Source of the DNA: Octopus bimaculoides
Lineage: Eukaryota
Direction of reading: 5' to 3'
DNA length: 64,000 nt
Assembly (NCBI RefSeq): GCF_001194135.2
Contig: NC_068988.1
Coordinates: 4,839,962-4,903,961 of the forward strand
Part shown: positions 42,058 to 55,420 of the stretch, piece by piece
Layout of the letters: every line of letters starts with the position of its first letter
How positions within the stretch are numbered: the stretch's first letter is position 1
Notes under the pieces: model-generated
Databases searched by the model: none
Seen by the model: the letters and a program-made list of their open reading frames with translations, nothing else
Told to the model about the DNA's origin: nothing
Made by a program: the position numbers and the translations under genes

Positions 42058-42243
42058 GGACTAACAGTTCGTAGCGTCATTTCGTCTGTCTTTACGTTCT
42101 GAAGTTCAAATTTCGCCGGGGTCGATTTTAACTTTCCTCCTTTCGCGATTGATAAAATAAGTAGTAGTTGCTCACGGAGGACGATGCAATCGACTTATCT
42201 CCTACCCCCGAAATTGCTGACCTTGTGTCAAAGTTTAAAACGT
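42058..42243 (-). mobile_element. Short interspersed repeat family A copy, inverted
   Basis: cgtctgtctttacgttctgaagttcaaatttcgccggggtcga is the reverse complement of the family A core. Confidence 0.82.
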
Positions 42244-43373
42244 TATTACAACTATTATCTTTTACATTTACCTTGTCATTACGAGACATGATAATATTCT
42301 ACAAAACTTTTTCAGTCTTTTTTTTTTCCTGACACCTAGATTACTTCTTTTTCGTATGCTCTTCCCATGTCACCTTTTCAGCGTATAAATAACCAGACGA
42401 TATAGCATGCTAAACTTCATCTTATCCCTTATCATTTTGATCGTCTTTCTCTACTGCTTTATCACTTTCACTGTATTCTTTTACGCCTATATTTTTTTTT
42501 TGGGGGGGTGGGGGTTCTACCGCTGACAGTTGAAATCTTTGAAGTGACTCGACGCAAGAACAGCCTCATCGTTCATGATGGTTTGTATAACAGTACACAG
42601 ATTTAAGAATGTCTTCTAGATCAGCGAACTGTCTAAATATACAGAATGATTAATGAATTTAAGTTATGAAATGGTTTTGTCACAAGATACAATAAAACTG
42701 TCATTTTATCAGTTCTTTTACACTTCCAACCAGGAACCTCCATGATTGTGGGTCTTCCATTATATAATCAATATAATATAATTGATATGACGTAATCAGT
42801 ACTCTCTTCCACGTTTTCCAACTTATTACATGATTCGTCACACACACGTTCCTGAAACAGTTGTAATCCGTGGAATAAATGTGATACTAGCAGCTTCATT
42901 CTTCACTTGTTGTATAAATAAATATATAAATGCGCGTGTTTTTTACTAACGATATCATTATACTTTTAAGACGCAATGACTATAAATGATGCCTTACTTC
43001 TGTTAATTATACACTGCTCAATTAACCGATGTGCATTGTGGTTTTTTTATGAGTTTGATTAGGATTGAATTATGCGATTTTTATGACAGCAGTGTATTAC
43101 TTAAGTTAATAGACAGCGAGACGCAAACACGTTCAATTGAGACGACGTTATAGAGTTTTTGTTGTGTGTCGTTTTTTTTTTTTCTTTCATGCAAAATAAC
43201 CACAAACAACGCCGTAGAATAAAAGAGTGCAGAAATGACATAGTAGCGTCTAGGAAAGTAAATACTATATATCTACTCAATTCAACGAATTCTCTCTCTC
43301 TCTGTTTATATACACACGCAGACATAACGCATGTGTGTGTGTGTGTGTGTGTGTGTGAATTGTGTGCGTGCGT

Positions 43374-43454
<81 letters not shown>

Positions 43455-43458
43455 CATA

Positions 43459-43581
43459 CTTTATTTAAAAGCATCAAAAATATAACAAAAGCTGTTACTC
43501 AAAATTTCACGTTCCTGTTCGTCGGGAACGTGAAATTCTGAGTAACAACTTTTGTTATATCTTTGCTGCTTCTAAATAAAG
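43459..43581. repeat. Long inverted repeat (58-bp arms, 7-nt loop)
   Basis: Arm 43459-43516 versus reverse complement of 43524-43581: 52 of 58 positions identical; loop gttcgtc. Confidence 0.95.
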
Positions 43582-43678
43582 CATATTACTCTACCTCTGG
43601 TATTTGAGTACTTTTTTTACCACCTTGTTTCACATTTATGTGCTTACCCCGGTATACATATACATATATACATACACG

Positions 43679-44910
43679 CGAGGGGTGTTCATTAAAGATT
43701 TGGCCTGACCCATTTTACAAGGACTGGGGTAAACGAAACTAGGCATACTTATTATGCCTTCTCTACATAGCCACCACCAATGATGATACACTTCTCCCAT
43801 TGCATTATGCAACTGTGAAGACCTCGTCTGTAGAGGTCGGTAAGTTGCCTCTAAAGCCAAAGCCTTCGGATATTAGTTCATCATCCGAAATGTGTCCCCC
43901 TTTCAAAAACGACTTCATGATTGGAAAGTGGTGAATGTCAGATGGTGCGAGGCCGGGAGAGTAAGGGACATGAGAAAGGATTTCATAGCCGCGGCAATGT
44001 GCTTTCATCTGGGCAACATTGTGAACTGGGGCATTGTCTTGGAGGAGGCGGACTTCTTTGGTCAGCATGCCACGTGCCTTTAGATTGATGGCGAACCGCA
44101 ATTTCTGCAGCAGAAGAGATGCATAATTTACCCCGTTAATTGTGGTGCCTTTTTCCAGAAAATTCATCATCAATACTCCGCGCTGGTCCCAAAATACTGT
44201 GAGCATCACCTTGCATGCTGAGGGTTGAACGTGAGCCTTCTCTGGAGGTGGTGAGTTATCATGCTTCGACTGGGCTTTAGTTTCAGAATCACAGTGATGG
44301 ACCCATGTTTCATCTTCTGTGATAAGTCTGCCAAAAAAAGTTCTTTCTCGTTTTCTTGGCACATTGCCAAAAGAGCCTAGGAGCAATTGACTAGTTCTTG
44401 CTTCTGAAAAGGTGTAAGATGTGTGCATCCGGAGAATCCATCGTGCAGACACCTTCCGCATCTACAAATGGTCGTGAATGTTTTTTTTTTCCATGGACCC
44501 TACACTTTTCTTCGTTTTTTTGTGCTAGTTGCCGAATAGGTATGGCGGCTTCCAGTTTACGTAGGGGTCGTCATCAATGTGGTCGGAATGTGGTCGTCCA
44601 GAAATAGGAACAATTTCCACAGATGTCCGATCCTGTTTGAAGTGGTGACGCCAGTGCTTGACTAAGTCGTCTGATGGTGCATCGTCACCATAAACTTCTT
44701 TTATCTCATCGAAAGTATCTTTCTGCAGGTCACTAATCTACATTCAACTGCCTCCTTTTTAACACCTTAATCCACTTGAGTAGACGTAAAAGACAAACGA
44801 ATACTAGTGGAAAGCTACAACTTTTAATGTGACATGTACTGACATGTATGATTATACCTACATAAGTTCCGTTTCGGAAGTGGGTCAGAGAAAATCTTTA
44901 ATGCACACCG
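43679..44910 (-). mobile_element. Mariner (Tc1/mariner) DNA transposon, near full length, non-autonomous
   Basis: Imperfect TIRs ggtgttcattaaagatttggcctgaccca (about 43684) and ggtgtgcattaaagattttctctgaccca (reverse complement ending about 44909), with TA outside the right end. ORF 43805-44461 contains LITEDETW, KVMLTVFWD, QDNAPVH and PYSPGLAPSD. The N-terminal HTH part (EVYGDDAPS..VKHW..HFK.DRTS) is interrupted by stops and frameshifts. Confidence 0.93.
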
Positions 44911-45059
44911 TATATATGAATGCATAAATGTATATATTTATGTGTGTGTGTATGTATGTATGTATGTATGTATTGATAGCTAGACAGACAGATAGCCAGA
45001 CTGACATATAGATATACAGACTGACAGAGAAGCAAACAGACAAACAGGTAGATAGACAC

Positions 45060-45124
<65 letters not shown>

Positions 45125-47066
45125 TAAATATTTGTCATCGGAGTTGTATAATAACAAAATGAAACGCAGTATAAACAACACAATTCTTAATTCTTTTTCA
45201 ATTATTTTCTAAATTACAGATTGGAGATCTTCATTGAAATTGATTTCGTAGTAGAAATCATATTATTAGTTAAATTAGAGAAGTTGATTACGTTTGGCCA
45301 CTTTTGCAGATTCCTATAGAATTGAAGGCTGTTAAGTATTCCGTTTTCTAAGATATTAATTGCCGTGCGTATCATTAAATGATTATATCTGAGTCTACAT
45401 TTATATACTCATTTCAGAATGTCTCGAGAAGCTCTACTTGCGTCTCTGTTGGTAGAGTGCTGTGAGATGAGAGTGGAACGCCCTCTACAAGAAAATTTCC
45501 AGGTTGACCTTCTGTTTGATACCGATGTTACCCTAAGGAAAAGTAAATATCAATGTAGCTCGGCAGCAATAACTCGAAGGATTTTCCAGGTCGAACTTAA
45601 CAGTAAAGATGGTGCCTCTAGAGACAACAGGTGAGAATTTTATGTCGATTAAACAGACGCTAGGGTAATCTTGTATGGATTGTAGAAAGATAAAGACGAA
45701 ACCTTATACGCATGGATTCAGAAACGCAGCGTAAATTGTTACAATAGGTAACGTGAGACATTTTATCGACATCCTAATGAATTTCATATCGACCGCCCTT
45801 TGCGAATGTGTGTGTGTGTGTGCGTGCGTACTTGCATGTAGGACTAACAGCTGGTTATTGGTAACCCTATGAATAAGTAGAAACACAATATGCGCGAGTT
45901 TTTTTTTAATTCTTAATCTTCACTGTGTTGCTAAGTGCTGCAAATCAGTTCATTCTTGGTGGGTTTCATGAATATGATTTTTATAGAAGGTTACCAGTTC
46001 TTCACACAACGCCCCTCCCCCTCCTAGAGAAGGGTTCTCGAACCCTTCCACAACGCTCCTTTCTTCTCTGAGAAATTTTAAAAATTACACACACACTTCT
46101 TGATGGTTTAATAATGCCGAATCCAAATGAATTGCCAGAAAAAGTTCTAGTATTAATTCAGTTTCTAAAATCTACGAAATGTTTCAAAATTGTTTTGAAT
46201 TATGCTGAAAATATATCCTGGTCAGAACTATGTTTTATTTTTATAAATATATGTTTTGGGGGTTGTTAGCACTATTCATAATCATGTCAACACAGCTACT
46301 TTATTTGTGTATTTATATCGAATTTAGTTATTTCAGAGAAATCTGTTAATTAAATCTTGTAGAATAATTTTAAATCAATGAACTTAAAATCTGAAGCGTC
46401 TTGCTTCATACATCATCATCTTCTCAACAATGTTTTCCTTGGTTTTCAGCAGCTCTATGACATTTAGTTAATCCATTTTCAATCGTGTTGTTATGATTAA
46501 TCCTCTTCCAGGTTTTTTGTAGTTAGGCTCCTTATGTAAGATTATAATTAAAGGATCCAATTCAATCAGGCATTGGTAACACATAGAAGGCCAACTGTTA
46601 TTTAGAATCAATAACAACAGCTAAAATGGAAGAATTTTAGAAACGATAATTATTGATCAATTTACCTTCAAAATTCCATTAAAATACTTTTAATAACTCT
46701 TCAGGCGGAAGTCATAAATTGGCACATCTCGTGTAGACGCAATTAAATTGTTTATACATTAAACAATGAAAAAAGCAACAGCAACGAATGCATTATTTTC
46801 CTCTTATCGCCATATTTCTCCCTGTTTCTTTTTCACTCACTTCGATTTCCTTTTGTTATAGAAATTATCTATTGAGGCGTGAACCCTACCAAGCAAGGAA
46901 ATATCGATTTCCTCTTGGTTTCAGGATGAAAAATAATCGAATTACTAAAATAAAACAAGAGCAGAGAATTTGGCGTGGGGAAAGGGTAAGCAAGCATCAA
47001 ACCTGTTAACATGTTGCATCTGTAAGAACAGTCAGAAGATTGGAAATTATATTTGCAGGCCGAACA

Positions 47067-47067
<1 letters not shown>

Positions 47068-47126
<59 letters not shown>

Positions 47127-47145
47127 CATTATTATTATCATCATC
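47068..47145. repeat. (ATT)n microsatellite
   Basis: Read directly; it generates the poly-I/L/Y pseudo-ORFs in the track. Confidence 0.97.
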
Positions 47146-48111
47146 TTCATAATCTTTCCGTCTTCTTCCCCTTCCTCCTCATCTTCTATCCTGTCTTCAG
47201 CAATTTCATGCAAGATTCCACTGCCACCACCAGATGCAATACCGTATTCGTGTGGTGCGGGATGTGTGTTATAGTAATGGCGTCAATTATGCGAAAATAT
47301 ATGTTAAGTCAGTTGTGTTTTATTTGGTGATGGTTTTGAAGAGAATTGTATGTGTGAGTTATGTTATATTATTGTGTGTAGAGCATATGGTACGTGAATC
47401 GTGCAGAAAATGTTGTGTTTTATGCTATTGATTTTAATGTAACTTGTGTAGGAAGTAGGCTGCCATTGGAAAAGTAGTTGTCGGATTCAATATACAGTTT
47501 AAAATTTCGAGTAGGGTTAAATATTTTCTTTATGCATTTCTTTATCCTACCAGATGCTCCAGTTATTAGTGGCACCGTTTTACTTACTCAGCATCTTTAC
47601 ATTTCAAAACCCTTGTATATTGATCATTTTCTGACTTTCTTCCGAGCAATATTTCATTCCATACATATTGATATGTATGAAAATCGAGAAAATATTTCGT
47701 TAAAATAATAAAGCCTCACTAGATTTGATCTCCACATTCCTGTTATTGACGTACAACATATGCATTGATTTAATTAATAAGCAGTTACATCCACTATCGG
47801 CGGCAAAAATTATTTCTGAGGACAAATTTATAAAGTCTATAAACTACGTTCACTTCTTATTGTAAAAGCCAATATATTCATACTTCTGATAATAAAGTGT
47901 ACAAGCGAAATGAAATACTGGTTTCATGTCACATCAAGTCTTCGTGTGAATTTCAATGGATTACACACTTGAAAACAGAAACAAAGAGATGTGAAGTGAC
48001 ATGTTTTCCAAGAAGTTGTAGCCTTATAGTGAAGTTAGGTTTATTGTACTTACTAAATAACATGCAAAATAATACTTGTACCATGGCAGAAAACAGTTAC
48101 AATTAATATTG

Positions 48112-48306
48112 GTTTCAATTTTGGGCTCAAGACCAGCAATTTTGGGGCAGGGTCTGAGTCAATTACATTGACCGCAGTGTTATTGACCCCGAAAGGATGA
48201 AAGGGAAAGTCGACCTCGGCGGAATTTGAACTCAGATCGTGAAGACGGCTCGACGTGCCACTAAGCATTTTGCCCGACGTGCCAACGATTTTGCCAGCTC
48301 ACCGCC
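48112..48306 (+). mobile_element. Short interspersed repeat family A copy
   Basis: attgaccccgaaaggatgaaagggaaagtcgacctcggcggaatttgaactcag..ttgccagctcaccgcct. Confidence 0.87.
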
Positions 48307-48585
48307 TGATCACAATTGATATTGAAATACGTAATGTCACAATTACCAGACACCTAAAGTAGAAAATATATAATGGAAACGGTTGCCGAGAAAGATAATG
48401 TTTATGAAGTATCGTTAAGGAGAGCCCATGTTTTACGTATATTAATTGATTTAGTTCATAGTTTGCAATCATATAAGTAGGAGGAATAATCACGCCCTTC
48501 TTGAGCGCAAGTAAAAGGACTTGTGAGAGAAAGATGAGGAGAGAGAGGGAAGGCGAGAGACAGCGACACTTCTAATGAAATTATA

Positions 48586-48789
48586 CGCGGGGTACCGAAA
48601 GTTTCTGGATTTGGGTAAAAGAAACTACAGAAGGATCAGTTAATTATGATTTTATTCAACATATTCTCCTCTCAGATTCACTCACTTGTTGCAACGGTCA
48701 TTCAGTTTTTGTAGGATCTCGGAAGGTTGGGCCTCCAGCCAGCGTTTTCGTGATACCCTTAAAGCCAAGAACTTTTCAGCACCCTATCA
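48586..48789. mobile_element. Mariner-derived MITE of about 200 bp
   Basis: TA|cgcggggtaccgaaagtttctggattt at the left and aaagccaagaacttttcagcaccctatca|TA at the right are degenerate inverted termini of mariner type. Confidence 0.6.
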
Positions 48790-49559
48790 TAATGTATAAA
48801 ATTACTCATCGAATCTCTTTGAAAAAAGTATGAAGAATGAGTTCAAATGCAAAACTTCAAGTAGATTTCTGCATTTTGTTGTCAGTTACAAATATATTAC
48901 CATTTCAGTAGAAAGACTCGTGATGTTGTTCTTTGAAACATCATTATAAATAATATTTTCATTTAACACGTTTCATTACCGTTTTCTTCTCGAGAGATAT
49001 ATAAAACAACTTATAAGGAAACTCACAATTTTAAAAAGAATCGTTAGAGTTAAAGAGTAAACAGAGAAATGATCTGCAAGATGTCACGTCCAGCACTAAC
49101 AAGAGATACAATCTACAATCGTTACAACTAAACGTGTTGGATTGTCAAGTGTACACTGACTACAAAGACGCAAACATTTGATGTCAATTGAGAACAAAAT
49201 AACGCCTTAAGAAACAAATTACATGAATTATAGAATCTGTGTGTATTCATGTTTTAGTTGGCTTTGCTTATATATAAATGGATACATACATGCATACACA
49301 CATACACACTATATATACATACGCACACATACGCAGTGAGAGGAAAAAAGTAAATCGTTCCGCCATTTCTCCTCTCAGAAAAAAATCAAAATACCAATCG
49401 ACGTAATGGACAGTTTTCCTGCCTTATTACGAAACTCCGTCGATTTCAATTCCGTCAAGATTCCATATATCACTTTGTAGCATCCATCTTCTTACGACCA
49501 ACTTTTCTCATCTGCCTATTTCCAATATAGGTATTCAGTTACTCGCACTCGCATCTTAA

Positions 49560-50320
49560 AATTCAAAAGTTGCCGAAATACCGTATCGGGTGCATGTTCA
49601 TTTGTTCACTCCACTCTTATTAAGTGTCGTCCTCGACAACTTCAGCGTCCGTGGCTCCTCTTAGCTCTCACACTCCTCCAACAATACCGACCAGGTTACG
49701 CTTCGCAAACTTATTTTCAACTCTCTACGCCAACACTCAACCTACCTAATCTATCGACAAACAAGCACCCAAACTTTTTCTGGATTACTTTCTCATCTCT
49801 AAACGAGACGTTTATAAACCGTCAAGATCTTCACTTGATTATCCAGCCAGAACCGCATAGCCATATGCCCCCAACCCAATACCTGAATTTTGAGTACTTT
49901 GAGTCAACAAACTGGTGGGATTCTCGTCAGTTCTCTCTGCTGACTACTCTGGAAGCATTCGAGTTACACTCATAAATAATGTCATATATTGAAGTAGGCA
50001 ACTGAAATCATCTTCTCCGCCTTTCACAGTCAACCACAAATTGGATAGCATTTCACCAGTATTGCAACTTTTCAAAATAATCATCCCACAAAGCATCCGA
50101 AATAGAAGCGGATCAATCACTAATGAGAGTGATACTAACTTTGTTGACTTCTTCTACCTACAATCTACAAAGCGATGGTACCGTAAGGAACTCTTCTACG
50201 GAGAATGCGTCTAAATATTTCATTCAGTTACATCCAAATCTATATTGCACACGATAACCAAGATTCCTTCAAAATATTCATGCTCCATTCCACCAATGTC
50301 ATCAAAGAGAAGACATATAC
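49560..50320 (+). mobile_element. Decayed CR1/Jockey-group LINE (endonuclease and linker region)
   Basis: PKLFLDYFLISKRDVYKP resembles the APE motif LDLFLTS.P..Y, and EYFESTNWWDSRQF resembles ..Y..ADWD.LR.F. Confidence 0.5.
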
Positions 50321-52241
50321 ACGTTATTATTTCCTCAGAATAAAGTTACAACATTGAATGGTATAGTCTCGGTCTAAGACCTTTAAATTTAGATTCATTT
50401 GTGAATTACTTAAATTCAGATTCTGTTATGGTTAATATTCCATTTTATCTATCCACTGAGACAACAAGAATAATAGCTCTAAATTAAGAACATTTCCCTT
50501 CGCAGTGATTGGTCATGTATCCTAGAACACAGTCAGGAGATGACATTTACACTTTGCAATCAGGCTGACCCAGAAGTTGAGGGTTTTCTTGATCGGTCTT
50601 AGGTGGCTGCACCCTAGTTGGACGTCTGATTACAGTCTTTTGCATACTCTATTTTGGTTGTTTTTCTTCATAATTGATGTTTTTGAAAAACCTGCCGTTT
50701 TCTTTAGGCTTACTGATGCCCCTATTCGTGTCGACCTTGTGACAAATAAAAAATAATTAAAAAAAACCAACTTATATCACTCTTTAATATTGCAAGTTGC
50801 CAAGTAATGTTTGGGCGAGAAGTAAACTTTATCAAGAGGTGGTCTTTAAAGAACCTGTAATAATATATGCAACTATTAATGTTTGGATTAATATTAATAT
50901 ATGTAAGTATCAATATTTTCTATGATAATAAAGCTAATGTTTCAAACTTCAAACGAAAAACATAATGCGACAGGTTTACTTAGAGACATAAACAAATATC
51001 GAAAAACTTTTTCTTTAAAAAAAAAAAAACGAACCATGACTATCTAAATATTTTTCCAGAGTTGTGCATTTACCATAACTCAATACTATTAATTATTTCG
51101 TTTCTATAAACATCATTCTAGATCATTTCCTGGGATGAAGACAAAAAGTCAACCACAAATGAATTATTCTACTTAGTCTTTGAGAAATAATGATTATTTT
51201 GGTTAAAATGCGAAATAAATACACACGTCTGAAACATTTGCTTCTAGATATAATTTAACTTTCTGCTTAATGAACTGTTTCAGTTGGAGTTTTAAGACTA
51301 CCTCAAAGTCGGCTAACGGCCGATACCGATCTATAAAGCACCATTGATGCAATGAGTCAGAAAATATTATTCATTGTAACTTGCAATAAATCAAGAAGCT
51401 TAAAACGTTGCACATACTTCAACTAAGATCGACGCACTTAACTGATCAAGTTAAGCCTCTCAGCCTAGAAATGAAGAGAAACACACAAACAGACATACAC
51501 ACACATACAAACAGACATACACACACATACAAACAGATATACACCATGCATGTACGTACATTTATTGGCTTTTAAACATAAGTGCATATAATCTAACCTA
51601 TTCATTTCGGAATTGCTACATAGCAATGACAATATTCTGTATGGCGTGCTTTTGCGTGACAGCGTGTATAATTATTATATTCAAGGAATTCTTCAACACG
51701 AATACTCTGAAACACAAAGAGATGTTGAGAGAATGCATTACATTGAGATGTTAGAAACCACTCTCAGGTAAGGAATGTTTAGTAAACATCATAAAGAGAC
51801 AATTATACAAGAAGCCGTTCTTCTTTGAACTACCAGAATGTTAAGAACAAATTTCCTGACGCACCCAATTCTTTGATCCAAATTGAAGTGCAAGTAGGAA
51901 GAGAGAAACAGACACAGATTCAAACTGGGGTGAATAGACTGTCTAACGGAATGAATGGAATTCTCCAATCCGGACAGATTTCACGAGTCTGACAGCAAAG
52001 AGAGGAATATTTCTGACATCATTGGTAATATTTCAAAGTGAAAACATATCACAAGATATTTGATAAGAAGATTCCTTTAACTGAAAACATTGAATAAATT
52101 GACGAAGATTTAGTAACATTCTCACGTATCTTTAATTAACGCATGTGTGTGTGTGTGTCACCCCGCATATACACATATATATACATGTGTATACATATAT
52201 GTATGTGCGTACACATTATTCATCTACATAAATTATATAAG

Positions 52242-52286
<45 letters not shown>

Positions 52287-53037
52287 AGAGGGGGGATTTA
52301 GAGAGAGAGAATGAGAGCAATCCATTAACAGACGAGGAACCCCGTATGTAGTTATGTTATTTGCTACCCGTATATAGCAGTTCGACAAACAGGAGCAATA
52401 AAATTGATACCAAATTGAAATATATGCTGAAATTACAATGAACGACTAAAACGTTCTAGGTAGTGCCCAAATAAAAGAATTCTGGATGACAAAAATAGAA
52501 TCAAACACATCGAATAATGGTTTGTCACTATATTGCCTATGCTTTCAGCAATCTTCCAAAATAAATGTTTGGTTATTGTTTTGTTTATTTCTTTCCTTTT
52601 TGTTATTCATTACCCCCAAGTTAGACCACACTGTGTCAAGCTACTATTGAGGGCGTATGCACCAGTCAAGATCATTTTCTTCTTATTTCTTAACATTGCA
52701 TTGTCACTGTCGCCCTCCCTTCCCCTAGATAGTTGTTTCACATATTTCATTGCTCTTCCTGGCAGATAAGCCCACTAAAAAGAATCTCTCCTTTCGGCTT
52801 TGAAACGCCGGTTCAATAATTACATAGTGTGTAAATATCCATTACATGTTTTCTAACATTTTGAAAACGCCGTCAATAATTTAAATCTATTTTCTTCAGC
52901 AACGACTGACTACTTTAGGCTATTATTTAAAGTTAAACAGTAGTAGTTTTCAGAAACACTGTTATTTAGATATTTATGGCAACTTTTAAGACGAAACAGT
53001 AGTTGTACTATTTATTGGTTTAACAATACAGGTCCCT

Positions 53038-53068
<31 letters not shown>

Positions 53069-53089
53069 NNNNNNNNNNTACAGGTCCCT

Positions 53090-53120
<31 letters not shown>

Positions 53121-54904
53121 GGTGGGGTGCGGTTATGTTACAATATTGCCAGGAAGGGAAGACAAATTTTCCCTTTCGGATACACTATTCACTGAAGGTT
53201 AAGTAAAGAATGAAATTGTCCACTACTTCTAATTACTGTATTGGTATAAAGCTATAATTGCAAAACCACCAAAAATCTATACTATACAGTAGAACAGTTT
53301 ATTACTCGACTAGATTTGTGATGCTCATCAGTTTAGAAAACCTTGACGTGTACTGAAATAATTTCACATCAATATTCGCTTTGATTTACAAAGGAATCAC
53401 ACCTAAACTATTGGTAGAAACAGAACTGTGTTGTGTTCATATTTTCCAAAAGACATTAGCTTTGATAATTGCATGAGATATTGATTTCGAACCTAATCAA
53501 ATAAGAACTGTGACATCAAATCGTTTTGTTTTGACGACGGTATAACCATAGAATTCTTAGTGAAAACAGGAATTTGTAATGTTCCTTCTCGTCAAAGAAA
53601 TATGGAAATAAATCAAAGCCACTGTTACAGCTGGAAATCAAAACAAAGTTGTAGCTTTTATGGCTGAGAAATTATGAGACGAAATCTATATTGCACTACG
53701 GGATTTTCTCTTCACTGACTGACGACTGAGGAAGATAATTTTAGTAGCGGTGCAGAACAGTATTAGTACTATCAATGAATGTCTAGTTTCTTTGGGCAAA
53801 CATCGTAACATGATTTTGTTTCTTCTTTTATTTCCACCTATCTATCTCTACATTCCAACACACAATATAAATTTGGCTTAAATGGAGAACATAACTCCAT
53901 CTAAGATAGTGTTACGACCCCTACTGTTATCGGTTAACATTTAGTTTGAATTTCATCTCGATTTGACATGTTGAATCTCTTGGATGCAGATTCTACCAGT
54001 TTGCAGTCATTGAATTTGTATTATATGACTAACAAAAATGTACCTTTTCTTCTGTTTAAGACGTGGCCAGGTAACATGAATAGCTTCAGCGTTTCAACCA
54101 CAATTGTTTGCCACAATACTCTATTTAGTTGAGGCGCTGCTTTATGTATAGTCTTCCAGTGACCACTTATATTCGGAGATGGTTGTGACATTATATCTAT
54201 TTCTAAACTTAAAACCAATGGATGTGTGATGTGTATTTAGCTTTAAAGGCATCAATAGGTAACCTGATATCCACTTTTACTCAAAACCTATCAATTCTGT
54301 GTTTACTCAGCATACTAAATTTCGCCAGGTGGTTACTATCCGAAGAAGGTTTCCCTCAGCAAGTATATTCAAGTTGTTAGTCTTTATACTCGTTAGTCTT
54401 TATAGAATTTCTCTTGTGAGCAAAGACTTGTATCTAAAAGATAACTTTAGTTGAATTTTAAGTTTTGATTCATGCCAGTTAATTCAATTTCCTCAAAGTA
54501 ACTGCATCCTCTGTTTGTTACTTTTAGTGTCAAAACAATATTCTTTGCTCATCTAAAGGGACCAACTATAAAATTAAATCAAAATACATTCCAAAAGATC
54601 AGCAGTAATGTAAAATGAAATGAAAGGATTTCCCAACATCGACGTTTTTGTTCAGAGGATAGAATCCGCCAAAATGTTTTAACATTGAAGCAGGAACAGT
54701 GCTATAATTCAGAGGGACACTTAGTTACCAAACTGAACTGTTCAAAATACGCAAGATACAGACAAATTTTTTACTGGTGTTACGATGCAATTCATTTTCA
54801 CTGATGCTATCCTACAGAATTAACCTTCATGATACATACACACACACATATATATAGTGAGTTCATAAAAGAAAAACGACAAAAAAAAACAACAAAAAAC
54901 AACG

Positions 54905-55070
54905 ACGCGAGGACGAGATACAGATATTGTGTTACTGGACGCTCAGGAAAGGAAAGAAAGAGAATTTGACGTTTCGAGCGGAGCTCTTCGTCGGAAATAT
55001 AGGGAAATCCAAAGAAGGGAAGATGGACGAAGAAAAAATCGCCAACGATATACACGAGGTTACATTGCGG
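54905..55070. repeat. Penelope-terminus-like interspersed repeat
   Basis: tttgacgtttcgagcggagctcttcgtcggaaa is the reverse complement of the gacgaag..ctcgaaacgtc motif typical of Penelope termini. A related gaagagcgtaggctcgaaac occurs at about 8710. Confidence 0.45.
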
Positions 55071-55342
55071 AATGTAACATATATATATACATATATAATT
55101 ATATACATATATATGTATGCTTGTATGTTAATAGAAAGCATGTGTATATATTTCTACACAGGCGCATCTTTGCAGCATTAAATGTTAGGTTATTACTCGT
55201 AATGATTTTAACATCAATATTATCACATAGACATATAAAAATAAATTTACATACATTTCATAAAAGTTTAAATTTGCATGTATGCAAATTTATATAAAAC
55301 GAATATTATGTATATGAGGAAAATCTCATACTCTCTCACTGC

Positions 55343-55420
<78 letters not shown>

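Noticed and set aside
42790-42865. Minus-strand exon candidate ERVCDESCNK... after tgtttcag
   Set aside because: Only two Cys, no good donor site, and the phase does not fit the phase 1 series.
53028-53120. Direct repeat tacaggtccctcat(T)n on both sides of a 10-N gap
   Set aside because: Typical contig-overlap artefact at a homopolymer; not a biological duplication.
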